Of a stretch of DNA of 64,000 bases, positions 42,701-53,087 are shown piece after piece. Numbering within the stretch: position 1 is the first letter of the stretch; each line of letters starts with the position of its first letter. Made by a program: the position numbers and the translations under genes. The stretch comes from Pseudomonadota bacterium (GTDB lineage Bacteria; Pseudomonadota; Gammaproteobacteria; Enterobacterales; Alteromonadaceae), in assembly GCA_051745735.1 (NCBI GenBank), contig JBNJEJ010000003.1, positions 13,656 to 77,655 of the forward strand, in the 5' to 3' direction. The notes below the pieces were generated by a model. It had not been told where the DNA came from. It was given only the letters and a program-made list of their open reading frames with translations, and made no database searches.

Positions 42701-42726
42701 CACGTTCTGAGCTTTTTTAAGCCCAA

Positions 42727-42755
42727 AGGCCGCTCTTTTGAGCGGCCTATTTTTT
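42727..42755 (+). terminator. Rho-independent terminator
   Basis: aggccgctc-tttt-gagcggcct followed by atttttt. Confidence 0.85.
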
Positions 42756-43212
42756 AAGTAAAAAGATGATTTCCAAAAACCAGTAACTGGCAAACAATAA
42801 CGGCAACGGTCAGCGACAGACGCATCGGATAATAGCCCAGCTGTGTTGTCATGGTCGAACCTCGCGCTAATTTGCGCTCGAACATTAACAGCAAAGCAAA
42901 ACTCACCATTTGTACCAGCAAAGCCCAAAAAACGCTGTTGAGAAGCAAAGTCAACCACGCTAACAGCGCAAACATATTGCTTAATAACAACAGGCCGTTG
43001 GTCGGCTCACTGTCCGCCCGATGTAAGGCACGACCCCATAATACGCCCGCTAAAAAAGTCAGAATAATTGCACCGTATGTTACTAATAACGTCACCGGCT
43101 GCAATTGATAGGGCAATGATAAATTCATTAATTCCGCTAAAGCGGAACCCAGGAAAGGAAGGATCCCTGCGGCACCCAGAATATGAATCAGTTTTTGTTT
43201 TAACGTTGTCAT
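42754..43212 (-). CDS. DUF3429-family membrane protein
   Basis: LGAAGILPF, YGAIILTFLAGVLWG, Y..MR..LT. Confidence 0.82.
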   Translation of the reverse strand: MTTLKQKLIHILGAAGILPFLGSALAELMNLSLPYQLQPVTLLVTYGAIILTFLAGVLWGRALHRADSEPTNGLLLLSNMFALLAWLTLLLNSVFWALLVQMVSFALLLMFERKLARGSTMTTQLGYYPMRLSLTVAVIVCQLLVFGNHLFT

Positions 43213-43285
43213 AAATAAGACGTCCAAATTAAAATAACTACCGTAGTGTATAACGTAATTAGCAGCCTACAAGCCTTAGTATCTT

Positions 43286-44608
43286 ATGAAACCCTATTCG
43301 TCCGGTCTTTTTTGTTTTTCCGATGACCTACGCGTCAACGACAATGCCGCGCTAACACTGGCACAACAGCAATGCCAACAACTGAGCTATTGTTATGTTA
43401 TTGACAAGACAGCCTTAGTCAGAGGCCGTTATGGCATCCCTGCGCTTGGCAAACACCGTCTCAATTTTATTTTGCAATCGCTGCAACAGCTACGGGTGAC
43501 ACTCAATCAGCAGGGCCATTCGCTGGCTGTATATGTTGGTGAACCATTGGAAATTCTGACAGCTTTGACCGGTCAGTATCAGTTCGATGCCATTTTCAGT
43601 GGTGAGCGGGCCGGTGTCTACGAGCAACGCCGCTGGCAAAAGTTACAAGATCGGTTCCGTTTTTTAAACTTCCATCAAGTCAGTAACTTTACGTTGTTTA
43701 ATGAAGCTCGTTTACCCCTTGAGCTCGAGCAGTTACCTTCAACCTTTAGTAAATTTCGTAAGCTGCTGGAACCCCTGTCCCAGTCCGTGCCCGCAGACGG
43801 CCTGGCAGCTCCTGACTTTAACCATCATCCGTTGTTGCTACCCAGCCATCAGGACTTGCCAAGCATTGACCCCGATTTAAACACCCTGGTCAAAGGCGGC
43901 GAGCACTCTGCTCAGCAACATCTGCAGGATTACTTTGCTTCGGCAGCACCTCACAGTTACAAAGAAACACGCAATGCACTGGATGGCTTTTCCAATTCGA
44001 CTAAGCTGTCCGCCTATCTGGCACGCGGTAATCTGTCTCCGCAACAGGTTGTCAACGCGGTCCGCTCTTACGAGCAACAGTATGGAGAAAATGATTCAAC
44101 TTACTGGATTATTTTTGAGCTGCTATGGCGCGAATACTTTTATTGGTACCTGCAGCGATATCAGGAGCACGTCTTTTCGTTTCAGGGGTTAGCAAAGCAA
44201 AAACCACAAACCAGTTTTTATCCGACACGCTTTAAGCACTGGTGTGAAGGCAAGACGCCCTACCCTCTGGTTAATGCGTGCATGAAGCAGCTTAACAGCA
44301 GCGGCTACATATCAAACCGCGGCAGGCAGATTGTGGCCAGTTGCCTGGTTCACGAGCTCAGCGTTGACTGGCGTTACGGCGCCGCCTACTTTGAACAACA
44401 ACTGGTGGATTATGATGTCGGGGCTAATTGGGGAAACTGGCAGTATATTGCTGGCGTAGGTGCCGACCCCCGGGGCGGCCGCCGTTTTAATATCGATAAA
44501 CAAAGCAAAATTTATGACCCGGATAATCGGTTTACCGACCATTGGGGTGGCTCTGAGACCTCAGCTGTCGATCATGTTGATGCGGCTGACTGGCCGACCT
44601 CCGGTTGA
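43286..44608 (+). CDS. Cryptochrome DASH-family protein
   Basis: DLRVNDN, YKETRN, FELLWREYF, SNRGRQIVAS, DYDVGANWGNWQY.AGVGADPR. Confidence 0.9.
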   Translation: MKPYSSGLFCFSDDLRVNDNAALTLAQQQCQQLSYCYVIDKTALVRGRYGIPALGKHRLNFILQSLQQLRVTLNQQGHSLAVYVGEPLEILTALTGQYQFDAIFSGERAGVYEQRRWQKLQDRFRFLNFHQVSNFTLFNEARLPLELEQLPSTFSKFRKLLEPLSQSVPADGLAAPDFNHHPLLLPSHQDLPSIDPDLNTLVKGGEHSAQQHLQDYFASAAPHSYKETRNALDGFSNSTKLSAYLARGNLSPQQVVNAVRSYEQQYGENDSTYWIIFELLWREYFYWYLQRYQEHVFSFQGLAKQKPQTSFYPTRFKHWCEGKTPYPLVNACMKQLNSSGYISNRGRQIVASCLVHELSVDWRYGAAYFEQQLVDYDVGANWGNWQYIAGVGADPRGGRRFNIDKQSKIYDPDNRFTDHWGGSETSAVDHVDAADWPTSG

Positions 44609-44641
44609 TACGACAGCATCTTTCGCAGCGCTTGGAGTAAA

Positions 44642-45208
44642 CTAAAAGCGGTATTGCAAACCGACGTTGAGCCCGGATAGCTGGCCCGGGTCTTCGTCTA
44701 TCAGGCGCAGCCAGTCAACATAAAAAGCGAGGTCTCTGGTGGTTCTGATCGATACCCCGGCACCAACACTCAGGCCACTATCAGCCGTTGACTCACCAGC
44801 AATGGAAAGTTCAGCGCGAGACCAGCCCGCCAGCGCGTACAGGCTCAGTTGCTCGGTTAAGTTAAGTTGCGGTTTGAGCAGCACACTGAGCGCATAATCC
44901 AGCTCTGTTTCGGCTTCAGTTGCAAGATTCGTATCGCCACCGGGTGTATAAATTAAATCGTCGTCCGCAACGCCAAAACCTAGCCGGGCCTCAACAGCAA
45001 CGTGTGAGTTAACTTGCTGACCAACAGCAAAGGAAAGTACATTTGGCCTGGCATCGGAGTAATCCTGAACTTCAGGGTCAAACCTAAACTGGCTGGCCTG
45101 TACGCCCATATAATAGTTATCCCAATCGACCGTATAGGATTGTGCTGCAGCAAAAGTAGAACAACCGGTTAGCGCACTGAGTAAAACAAGCTTTTTTAGC
45201 ATCATCAT
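44642..45208 (-). CDS. Outer-membrane beta-barrel (OmpA-like TM/porin family) protein
   Basis: Signal peptide from ATG near 45208, AVEARLGFG, terminal GLQYRF beta-signal. Confidence 0.82.
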   Translation of the reverse strand: MMMLKKLVLLSALTGCSTFAAAQSYTVDWDNYYMGVQASQFRFDPEVQDYSDARPNVLSFAVGQQVNSHVAVEARLGFGVADDDLIYTPGGDTNLATEAETELDYALSVLLKPQLNLTEQLSLYALAGWSRAELSIAGESTADSGLSVGAGVSIRTTRDLAFYVDWLRLIDEDPGQLSGLNVGLQYRF

Positions 45209-45301
45209 TCGTCCTTGAATTAATAAACTGGCAGTGAAAATCACGACTAAGATTAACAAAAAAAGAAAATTTCGCGAGCGAAATCTTCTCATTACGTTGT
45301 C

Positions 45302-46663
45302 TTATTTTAGATGGTAAACCGCTTGGTAGTCGGCAATATCAACCTCAAAATGAGTGACCTGGCGCAGATGATCGCGAAAAGCTTCCAGCGCGTCCGGCTC
45401 GCCGTGAACCAACTGAATGGGCGTATTTTCGCGCAACTCGGATTGCTTTAACCAATCGGAAATTTCTTGGTAATCCGCATGACCCGATAAACCATCCAGT
45501 TGGCGGATACGTGCTTTAACGGGCAGCCATTGGCCGTGCAGTTTAATTGATTCGACCCCTTGCAACATTTTGGCACCGCGGGTGCCTCCGGCCTGATGTC
45601 CACTGAACAGCACAGTCGCGCGATGGTCAGTCAACCAGCGTTTAAAATGATGCAAAATTCGCCCGCCGGTTGCCATCCCGCTGCCGGCAATAATAATGTG
45701 CGGACCGGATTGTGAGGCAATGGCTTTTGACTCATCAACAGACCGGGTATAAGTCACCTGATTAAACGCCCGGTGACAATCATGCTGAGACAAGCGATGA
45801 AGTGCGTGGTGACGCCGGTAAATGTGCGAAACATTAATCGCCATCGGGGAATCTAAAAAGATCGGTTGCCGGGGAATCTGTTTTTCGTCCATTAATTTAA
45901 CCAGCAAGTGCTGCAACAGTTGCGCCCTACCGACCGAAAAGCTGGGAATTAATAACACACCGCCACTGCGGCTGCATTCATTCACTACCTCGGCCAGTTG
46001 TTGTTCAGCACTGTCGGTTTGCTCGTGGCGACGATCTCCGTAGGTAGACTCCAGTAACAACAAGTCGACGTCGGGTAAGGCCTGCGGCGGATACATCATA
46101 ATATCATTAGGCCGGCCAATATCACCGGAAAAAGCCACTCGCTTACCTTCTGCCTCGATAATCACAGAAGCTGCGCCCAATATGTGCCCGGCGGGTTGCA
46201 GGCTAATTTTTATGTCACCAACAAAAAACGTCTGGTCAAACACCACTGGCTGCAATAATTTCAGGCTAGCTAAAGCTGTTGCCTCATCATAGAGAGGCTG
46301 CGGCGGTTGGTGCTTACTCAGGCCGTGCTTACCTAAAAACTTGGCGTCTTCTTGCTGTATGCGGCCACTGTCTGGCCACATGATGTGACACAGGTCGGCA
46401 GTTGCCTCGTGGGTAAATACGGGGCCGCGATAGCCTGATTGGTACAGAACGGGAATAAAGCCAGAATGATCTAAGTGAGCATGAGTCAACACTACACCAT
46501 CAACCGCATTAATCCCCATAGGTATCGGCTGCCAGTTGCGCTTACGCAACCACTTATAGCCCTGAAACAAACCGCAGTCCAGCAATAGCCTTGTGGTGGC
46601 CGTTTCTACAAGATATTTAGAGCCAGTAACCGTTTCCGTTCCACCCAAAAAGACTATTTTCAC
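45302..46663 (-). CDS. MBL-fold beta-CASP nuclease
   Basis: VTGSKY, DCGLFQG, THAHLDHSG, AGHILG, ESTYG, LSGHAD. Confidence 0.92.
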   Translation of the reverse strand: MKIVFLGGTETVTGSKYLVETATTRLLLDCGLFQGYKWLRKRNWQPIPMGINAVDGVVLTHAHLDHSGFIPVLYQSGYRGPVFTHEATADLCHIMWPDSGRIQQEDAKFLGKHGLSKHQPPQPLYDEATALASLKLLQPVVFDQTFFVGDIKISLQPAGHILGAASVIIEAEGKRVAFSGDIGRPNDIMMYPPQALPDVDLLLLESTYGDRRHEQTDSAEQQLAEVVNECSRSGGVLLIPSFSVGRAQLLQHLLVKLMDEKQIPRQPIFLDSPMAINVSHIYRRHHALHRLSQHDCHRAFNQVTYTRSVDESKAIASQSGPHIIIAGSGMATGGRILHHFKRWLTDHRATVLFSGHQAGGTRGAKMLQGVESIKLHGQWLPVKARIRQLDGLSGHADYQEISDWLKQSELRENTPIQLVHGEPDALEAFRDHLRQVTHFEVDIADYQAVYHLK

Positions 46664-46683
46664 AGCAGCACCTCTTTACAGAA

Positions 46684-47598
46684 TCAACGAAGAAACTTAA
46701 GAGCCCCGACAACAGCTGCAACTTGAGCCTGATTACATTGCTCGGAAGAAGCTCTCGGGCTATCTGGATAAACCTCTGTTGTTGTAGCATACATTGCATT
46801 GGTCAGACTAATACACAAGCCCAACTTATTCACCGGAAAACTGATTAAGCCGGGCAGGTCAATGTTTGCGCCGATCAGTTTACCCTCTTCGTCTGGCTCG
46901 GCAATGTGTGTCACCTGAGCGACTTCATCCAATACCGCCTGCTGAAAATCGGCTTGTAAATTTTCGGAGTTACCCACCAGATAAAAACCGTCGGGGATGT
47001 TCCAGTTAGTATTGACTTCGCCCTCACGGGCCGCTTTGGCTGGCCGAAATTCGGTGTTATCCGTGTCTGTGGTTTCATGTAAGTCAATGTGTGCTAAAAA
47101 ATCGACCGCTAGCTCCTGCAAATAGTCCATAACCAGGGCACACTCTGAGGCCGGACTGTCATCAATGAACGACCGATTAGGATCAACCGCGTCGGGATTC
47201 CAGCGGTTTATGGTTTCATAACCCCAGGGGCTCAGGCAAGGAAAAACAACCAGGTTAAAATCGCTGCTGTATTTTTCCATTTCACCCTCGATAAACAACA
47301 ACGCGCCTTGCACACCACTGGTTTCGTAACCGTGTACGCCCCCCGTTACCAACACAGCGGGTTTATCATCATCCCAGTGCTTTGATTTAACCACAAACAA
47401 GGGGTAGTGGCCGGCGGAATAATTTAATTCGCCGTATTGCTCAACCACAAACTGTTCGCTCAAATCGTCCAGCTTACTGATCACCTCTTGTTGATACGAA
47501 CGCTTTTTGCTTTGCTGCGCCAGCCACTCTGCTTTTTCTGCTTCGCCCCAGGGTTTACCTACGGTGCCAATGGGATAAATTGTGGTTTTGCTGGTCAT
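46684..47598 (-). CDS. M14-family metallocarboxypeptidase/deacylase
   Basis: GGVHGYE, DPNRSF, DLHET, TTEVYP; start at ATG 47598. Confidence 0.85.
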   Translation of the reverse strand: MTSKTTIYPIGTVGKPWGEAEKAEWLAQQSKKRSYQQEVISKLDDLSEQFVVEQYGELNYSAGHYPLFVVKSKHWDDDKPAVLVTGGVHGYETSGVQGALLFIEGEMEKYSSDFNLVVFPCLSPWGYETINRWNPDAVDPNRSFIDDSPASECALVMDYLQELAVDFLAHIDLHETTDTDNTEFRPAKAAREGEVNTNWNIPDGFYLVGNSENLQADFQQAVLDEVAQVTHIAEPDEEGKLIGANIDLPGLISFPVNKLGLCISLTNAMYATTTEVYPDSPRASSEQCNQAQVAAVVGALKFLR

Positions 47599-47720
47599 TA
47601 ATTTTTTCCTCTTTACAACGTGTGATAGTACAAAGTTTAACATAAAGTATCGCGCTGATAGCGATAAGCCGTCTGGTGCGATAAACTCTGCCGCCACAAG
47701 TGCTTAGCTTATGGTTCATC

Positions 47721-48902
47721 ATGTCTTACACAAAAACTCAAGTCGGTCTGGCTATTTTTGCCATGGCAGTGGGGACCTTCTCCATTGGTATCGGCGAATT
47801 CGTTATGATGGGCTTGTTACCTAACGTTGGTCAGGAATTTGCCACCTCATCACAGCAGACCGGTCATCTGATCAGCCTGTATGCACTGGGCGTAGTCATC
47901 GGAGCTCCTTTTATAACCATCACCTTTGCGCGAATGGAAAAAAAACGATTACTGCTGATCCTGATGGCGGTTTATGCCACCGGCAATCTAGCCAGTGCAC
48001 AGGCCAGCAGTTTTTATGAATTACAATGGCTACGTTTTTTAACCGGTCTGCCGCACGGAGCATACGGTGGCATTGTCTGCATACTGGCTGCCGGGATGGT
48101 GCGTAGCGAGCATCGTGGCAAAGCCGTAACTCTGGTGATGATGGGACTTACGCTGGCCATCTTAATTGGCAACCCCCTGGCAACCTGGTTTGGACAGCTG
48201 TTAGATTGGCGCTGGGTTTATCAAGGGGTTGGTTTCATCGCTCTGAGTGCCGCTGTGTTAATTGCCCTGGTTGTACCCAACGACCAGACACAACAGCCTG
48301 CTCGCACGCGGACGGAATTAACGGCCTTAAAAAATCCGCAGGTGTTGTTAACACTGGCCATTGGCAGTGTCGGTTTTGGTGGCATGTTTGCGGTTCTCAG
48401 TTACCTTGCGCCCACTTTGCTGCAGGCCACCCAGGTTGCTGAATACTGGATACCTATTGCTTTACTGGTCTATGGCATTGGCTCATTAACCGGCAGTTTG
48501 GTCGGCGGCTGGGCCACAGACGTGAATATCAAGTGGGCGATTGGCGGATCATTAGCCTGGTCTGCCTTAGTTTTGTTTGTCTTTCCATTCAGCATTGGCC
48601 AACTAATAACCGTGTTACCCATGGTGTTTCTATTGGGCTCTACTGCAGCCCTGGTACCCACCCTGCAAGTCCGGCTGATGGACGTAGCCGGGCAAGCACA
48701 AACACTGGCTGCCTCGCTGAATCACGCGGCCTTTAATATCGCAAATGGTATCGGCGCATTTTTGGGTGGCCTTGCCATCGCCTCACCATTGCAATTTCAG
48801 GCAACCGGCTGGGTGGGCTGCGCATTGGCAAGCGCGGGGCTACTGTTATTTTTTATCACTAAACGCCACAGTCGCCGAATCAGCCCCACTAAAAGCCTGT
48901 AG
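47721..48902 (+). CDS. MFS transporter (DHA1/AraJ-like)
   Basis: 12 TMs, EFVMMGLLP, RFLTGLPHG, LNHAAFNIAN. Confidence 0.9.
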   Translation: MSYTKTQVGLAIFAMAVGTFSIGIGEFVMMGLLPNVGQEFATSSQQTGHLISLYALGVVIGAPFITITFARMEKKRLLLILMAVYATGNLASAQASSFYELQWLRFLTGLPHGAYGGIVCILAAGMVRSEHRGKAVTLVMMGLTLAILIGNPLATWFGQLLDWRWVYQGVGFIALSAAVLIALVVPNDQTQQPARTRTELTALKNPQVLLTLAIGSVGFGGMFAVLSYLAPTLLQATQVAEYWIPIALLVYGIGSLTGSLVGGWATDVNIKWAIGGSLAWSALVLFVFPFSIGQLITVLPMVFLLGSTAALVPTLQVRLMDVAGQAQTLAASLNHAAFNIANGIGAFLGGLAIASPLQFQATGWVGCALASAGLLLFFITKRHSRRISPTKSL

Positions 48903-48918
48903 GCACTGCGGTTAGCGA

Positions 48919-49059
48919 TTATTTCCTCTTTTTTTCGGCCCTGAGCATTTTCCGGTAGAAGAAGATAGCGTAAAAAACACACAGTCCAATAACGATAGCC
49001 AAACCCACAAATGAAAGAAAAATTACCGGGTCATTAAAAAACTCTTGCCACAAACTCAT
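48919..49059 (-). CDS. 46-aa small membrane protein, DUF3149-like (not in ORF track)
   Basis: AAGGAG RBS then ATG 49059: MSLWQEFFNDPVIFLSFVGLAIVIGLCVFYAIFFYRKMLRAEKKRK. Confidence 0.8.
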   Translation of the reverse strand: MSLWQEFFNDPVIFLSFVGLAIVIGLCVFYAIFFYRKMLRAEKKRK

Positions 49060-49166
49060 GGTTAAATCTCCTTATCTAAGCTATGTTTTTAGTGTATGGG
49101 CTTACATCGGTACAAGTATTGATTTAAGTCAATGAACAAACCGTCCTTAGCTTAGGAGCACTCATT

Positions 49167-49553
49167 ATGAAAAATTCATTAGTAACAATAGCAGCCGTTA
49201 CCTGCGTTTTCACACTGGTTGGTTGCAGTCAGGAATCCGCTGACAGCGAAACAGAAGAAGCCCTCGATTCAGCCGAGCAAACCGCTGAAAAAATGGGTGA
49301 CGCCGCCAGTGCGCAAATGGAAAAAGCTGAAGATTACTTTACCGATGCTGCCGTGACCGCACGCGTTAAAACAGAATTGTTTGATAACGGCGCACTCGAT
49401 AGCTCTAAAATTAGTGTAGAAACTCGTGATGGAACCGTTTATCTGTCCGGCACTGTAACTGCCGACGTTCAGTCCGAAACAGCGCAACAACTTGCTGAAG
49501 GCGTTGATGGTGTGCAAAGCGTTGAAAATAATCTGGTCGTTTCTGGTTATTAA
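49167..49553 (+). CDS. BON-domain (OsmY-like) lipoprotein
   Basis: Lipobox LVGC, DAAVTARVKTEL, V.LSG.V, GVQSVENNL. Confidence 0.9.
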   Translation: MKNSLVTIAAVTCVFTLVGCSQESADSETEEALDSAEQTAEKMGDAASAQMEKAEDYFTDAAVTARVKTELFDNGALDSSKISVETRDGTVYLSGTVTADVQSETAQQLAEGVDGVQSVENNLVVSGY

Positions 49554-49560
49554 GTTGCAG

Positions 49561-49605
49561 CGCAGGAGATCAGCGAGCCAGCATCAGGCTGGCCCGCCTC
49601 TTGCG
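49561..49605. terminator. Imperfect hairpin between convergent genes
   Basis: cgcaggag..gcgagccagc/gctggcccgc..ctcttgcg. Confidence 0.45.
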
Positions 49606-49638
49606 ACGGATTTTATCCGTTAAATGGCAGTTAATCGC

Positions 49639-50664
49639 TCAAAATGTTAAGCAAATTTTGCCAAAGTGCTGGCCTGATTCTTCATAACGGAAGGCTTCGC
49701 TTAAATCTTGCATAGCAAAAACTTTATCAACTACCGGTTTAATGCCATTAACCTCTAACGCCCGGATAAAGTCTTGTTGGTGTTCCCGGCTGCCGACAAT
49801 AAGCCCCTGCAAACGTGCCTGTTTAGCCATCAATTGAGCCGTCGGAACCTGACCTTCATTACCGGTTAGTACACCAATCAGCGCTATGTGTCCGCCAATA
49901 GCTACTGCATTGATCGACTGCGGCAGAGTACCCGGACCACCCACTTCGATGACATGGTCGACGCCCCGGCCAGCAGACGCCTTGCGAACACTCTCACCCC
50001 ACTCAGGGTCATCTTTGTAATTAAACACATAATCAGCACCCAGCTCCTTATAACGTTCCAGCTTGGCATTGGATGATGACGTTGCAAACACCGTAGCGCC
50101 CAAACTTTTGGCAATTTGGCAAGCAAATACCGAAACGCCGCCACTGCCGAGTACCAATACGGTATTGCCCGGTTTAACCTGACCATCAACCACTAAGGCG
50201 CGCCAGGCTGTCAGGCCAGCCGTCGTCAAGGTCGCCGATTCAGCGTGAGTATAGCCAGCCGGCTGATGGGTAAAATACTCCGTTGGCCGGACCACGACCT
50301 GTCTTGCGTAACCGTCGATACCGTCGCCGGGCGTGTTGCTAAAGTCGCCAACGGTCGCGGGGCCTGTCAGCCACTGGGGAAAAAATGTGGAAACAACGGC
50401 ATCACCGACAGCAAAATCCTCAACCCCCGCACCAACAGCTTCGACGACCCCGGCTCCATCTGACATGGGGACACGACCGGTTTCTGCAGGAATAGCACCT
50501 GTCGCTACAGCATAGTCGTGAAAATTTAACGAGCTGGCTTTAATACTGACCCGGATTTCTCCCGGTCCTGGCTGACCCGGATCCTGAAGTTCAGTAACTT
50601 GTATATTGTTTAAGCCAAACGGCTCATTTAAGCGTAATGCTTTAATAGTATCCGACATAACCAT
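49639..50664 (-). CDS. MDR-family NAD(P)-dependent oxidoreductase
   Basis: SLNFHD, SDGAG, AGLTAWRAL, GSGGVS, HFGKI; start 50658 or 50664. Confidence 0.9.
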   Translation of the reverse strand: MVMSDTIKALRLNEPFGLNNIQVTELQDPGQPGPGEIRVSIKASSLNFHDYAVATGAIPAETGRVPMSDGAGVVEAVGAGVEDFAVGDAVVSTFFPQWLTGPATVGDFSNTPGDGIDGYARQVVVRPTEYFTHQPAGYTHAESATLTTAGLTAWRALVVDGQVKPGNTVLVLGSGGVSVFACQIAKSLGATVFATSSSNAKLERYKELGADYVFNYKDDPEWGESVRKASAGRGVDHVIEVGGPGTLPQSINAVAIGGHIALIGVLTGNEGQVPTAQLMAKQARLQGLIVGSREHQQDFIRALEVNGIKPVVDKVFAMQDLSEAFRYEESGQHFGKICLTF

Positions 50665-50760
50665 TTTTCCTTTCGTGGTAAACCCTATGCAGCAGATAAA
50701 CACAAAGCCGACTGTTGTTCAAATGAACCTATGCTGTCTAGTCAGAGTAGCCCGCTGATC

Positions 50761-52218
50761 ATGCCCATTAACATTGTCTGGTTAAAACGTGATTTAAGAT
50801 TACACGACCATGCTCCGTTAAAGGCCGCTGCCGAGAGCAGCTACCCGGTATTGCTATTGTATGTTTTCGAACCCGAAATGGAACAGGATCCGCATTTAAG
50901 CCTGCGCCACTTTCGCTTCATTTCTGAAAGCCTGAACAGTTTGACCGAACAGCTGCCTGACATAGCGCTTACGGTGCAACGGGAAGATATCGTCAACTGT
51001 CTGGCCCGACTGCACCAGCAACACCACATTGCCGGCTTGTACAGTCACCAGGAGACGGGGCTTAATTACACCTTTCAACGCGACGTTCGGGTAAACAAAT
51101 GGTGTCGGGAACAGCAAATTAGCTGGCACGAATTCCCAACCGGAGCTGTTCAACGGGGCCTGTCCAATCGTAAAAGCTGGGATAAACACTGGCAGCAAAC
51201 CATGCGCAGCCGCGCCGACAACACCGACTTAAATACCGTGCGATGGTTAGCCAACCCTCCACCAGGTGCGGCAATACCCGCTGAATGGCAGCAATCGGAC
51301 CAAAATTTTCAACGCGGTGGTGAACAAGCGGCCTGGGCGGTACTTAATGACTTTTATAGCGGTCGTGGTCAATATTATTATCGACAACTCTCCAGCCCGC
51401 TGACTGCAGAACGAGCCTGTTCACGGTTGTCACCCTACCTGGCCTGGGGCAACATCAGCTTACGTCAGGTTTATCATACGGTATTGCGCTCATGGCGGCG
51501 GCCCGGCTGGCGACGAACCTTACAGGCGTTCAGTTCACGCTTGCATTGGCACTGCCATTTTATTCAAAAATTTGAAAGTGAGTGTCGCATTGAGTTCGAC
51601 AATCTCAACAGCGGTTATGACAACATGCCATTGACCGATAAAGAGCAGGCGAAACCCCTGTTAGCAGCGTGGAAAGCGGGTCAAACGGGGGTGCCGATGA
51701 TTGATGCCTGCATGCGTTGCCTGTGGCAAACTGGATACATTAATTTTCGCATGCGAGCGATGCTGGTCAGCTTTTTGACCCATCACCTGGCGATAGACTG
51801 GCGCTGTGGTGTGCAACATCTGGCGCGGCTATTTCTTGATTTTGAACCGGGCATTCATTACGCACAATTTCAGATGCAGGCAGGTGTTACCGGCATTAAC
51901 ACCATCCGCATTTACAATCCGGTAAAACAGGGACAGGACAAAGACCCCGAGGGTCAATTTATCATTCGCTGGTGCCCCGAGTTAGCTCAACTACCGTCAG
52001 CCTTTGTGCATCAACCCTGGTTGCTCACCCCGATGGAGGAGCAGCTGTATGACTTTAAACCCGGCACCGATTATCCGGCCCTGATTGTTGATTTAGAAGC
52101 CAGCGCCAGGCAGGCCCGGGAACGCCTTTGGTCATGGCGCAAAAAAACCGAAGTGAAAGCTAATAAGCAGGAGATTTTAAAACGTCATGTCGCATCAAAA
52201 ACCCAATCTGCCCAGTAA
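50761..52218 (+). CDS. Cryptochrome/photolyase-family FAD-binding protein
   Basis: [51 protein letters not shown]. Confidence 0.9.
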   Translation: MPINIVWLKRDLRLHDHAPLKAAAESSYPVLLLYVFEPEMEQDPHLSLRHFRFISESLNSLTEQLPDIALTVQREDIVNCLARLHQQHHIAGLYSHQETGLNYTFQRDVRVNKWCREQQISWHEFPTGAVQRGLSNRKSWDKHWQQTMRSRADNTDLNTVRWLANPPPGAAIPAEWQQSDQNFQRGGEQAAWAVLNDFYSGRGQYYYRQLSSPLTAERACSRLSPYLAWGNISLRQVYHTVLRSWRRPGWRRTLQAFSSRLHWHCHFIQKFESECRIEFDNLNSGYDNMPLTDKEQAKPLLAAWKAGQTGVPMIDACMRCLWQTGYINFRMRAMLVSFLTHHLAIDWRCGVQHLARLFLDFEPGIHYAQFQMQAGVTGINTIRIYNPVKQGQDKDPEGQFIIRWCPELAQLPSAFVHQPWLLTPMEEQLYDFKPGTDYPALIVDLEASARQARERLWSWRKKTEVKANKQEILKRHVASKTQSAQ

Positions 52219-52360
52219 AACCTGTGTTGTCTGTCAGCGACCTTTCAGCTGGCGTAAAAAGTGGCAGCAATGCTGGGGGCAGGTAACGTATTGCTCAGAG
52301 CGCTGCCGGCGGCAGCGCCATAACTTAAACAAGCAGAGTAAAACGCCGAATTAACAGCGC

Positions 52361-52987
52361 TTATTGCCGGTTAGGAATAATGTTCAGTTCGACCCGACGG
52401 TTCTCCTGCCGGCCACTGGCGGTATTGTTATCCGCAATGGGCTGGTTCTCGCCGTAGCCGTAAGTCGTCAGACGACGTTCATCAATGCCGTTGCCAACCA
52501 TGAAGTTGCGCACTGCCATGGCACGATTTAACGACAGTTGCTGATTGTATTCAGCGGCCCCGGTGCTGTCCGTATGCCCCTCGACCATCATGGTTGTTTT
52601 TTCATACTTTTTCAGTACTTTGACAACATCGTTTAAAACCGGGTGAAAATTTTGTGAGATCGACGCACTGTCGGACGCAAAGGTCACATTACCCGGCATC
52701 TGCAGCCGAATGTTGTCGCCATCACGAATCACCTCGACACCGCTGCCGGCCAGCTCATCGCGGAATTCCTGTTCCTGTTTATCCATGTAGTTACCAATCG
52801 CCGAACCGGCTAGAGCCCCTACCGCAGCGCCCCAGATGTAGCGACTTTTATCGTGATCACCAGTGCCTTTACCTAATAGCGCACCGGTTACTGCGCCAAT
52901 CGCGGCACCTTTTTGGGTATTACTCATGTTCGCGCAACCAGCAACCACAAAGGATGCTACCGCGGTAACTAAAATGACTTTTTTCAT
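52361..52987 (-). CDS. OmpA-family lipoprotein (YiaD-like)
   Basis: Lipobox VAGC, glycine zipper, GHTDSTG, LS..RA, NRRVE. Confidence 0.92.
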   Translation of the reverse strand: MKKVILVTAVASFVVAGCANMSNTQKGAAIGAVTGALLGKGTGDHDKSRYIWGAAVGALAGSAIGNYMDKQEQEFRDELAGSGVEVIRDGDNIRLQMPGNVTFASDSASISQNFHPVLNDVVKVLKKYEKTTMMVEGHTDSTGAAEYNQQLSLNRAMAVRNFMVGNGIDERRLTTYGYGENQPIADNNTASGRQENRRVELNIIPNRQ

Positions 52988-53087
52988 AGCAACTTATCCT
53001 TATCGAAATGATGTCTTATTACCATAGCACATGACAGCATTTGCAAGACGCAGGTTTACGCTTACTTTACTTGCAAAGCATCAAACA

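Noticed and set aside
52300-52318. GC hairpin gcgctgcc-ggc-ggcagcgc as a REP element or sRNA
   Set aside because: Only one copy noticed, between convergent genes; at most a weak terminator
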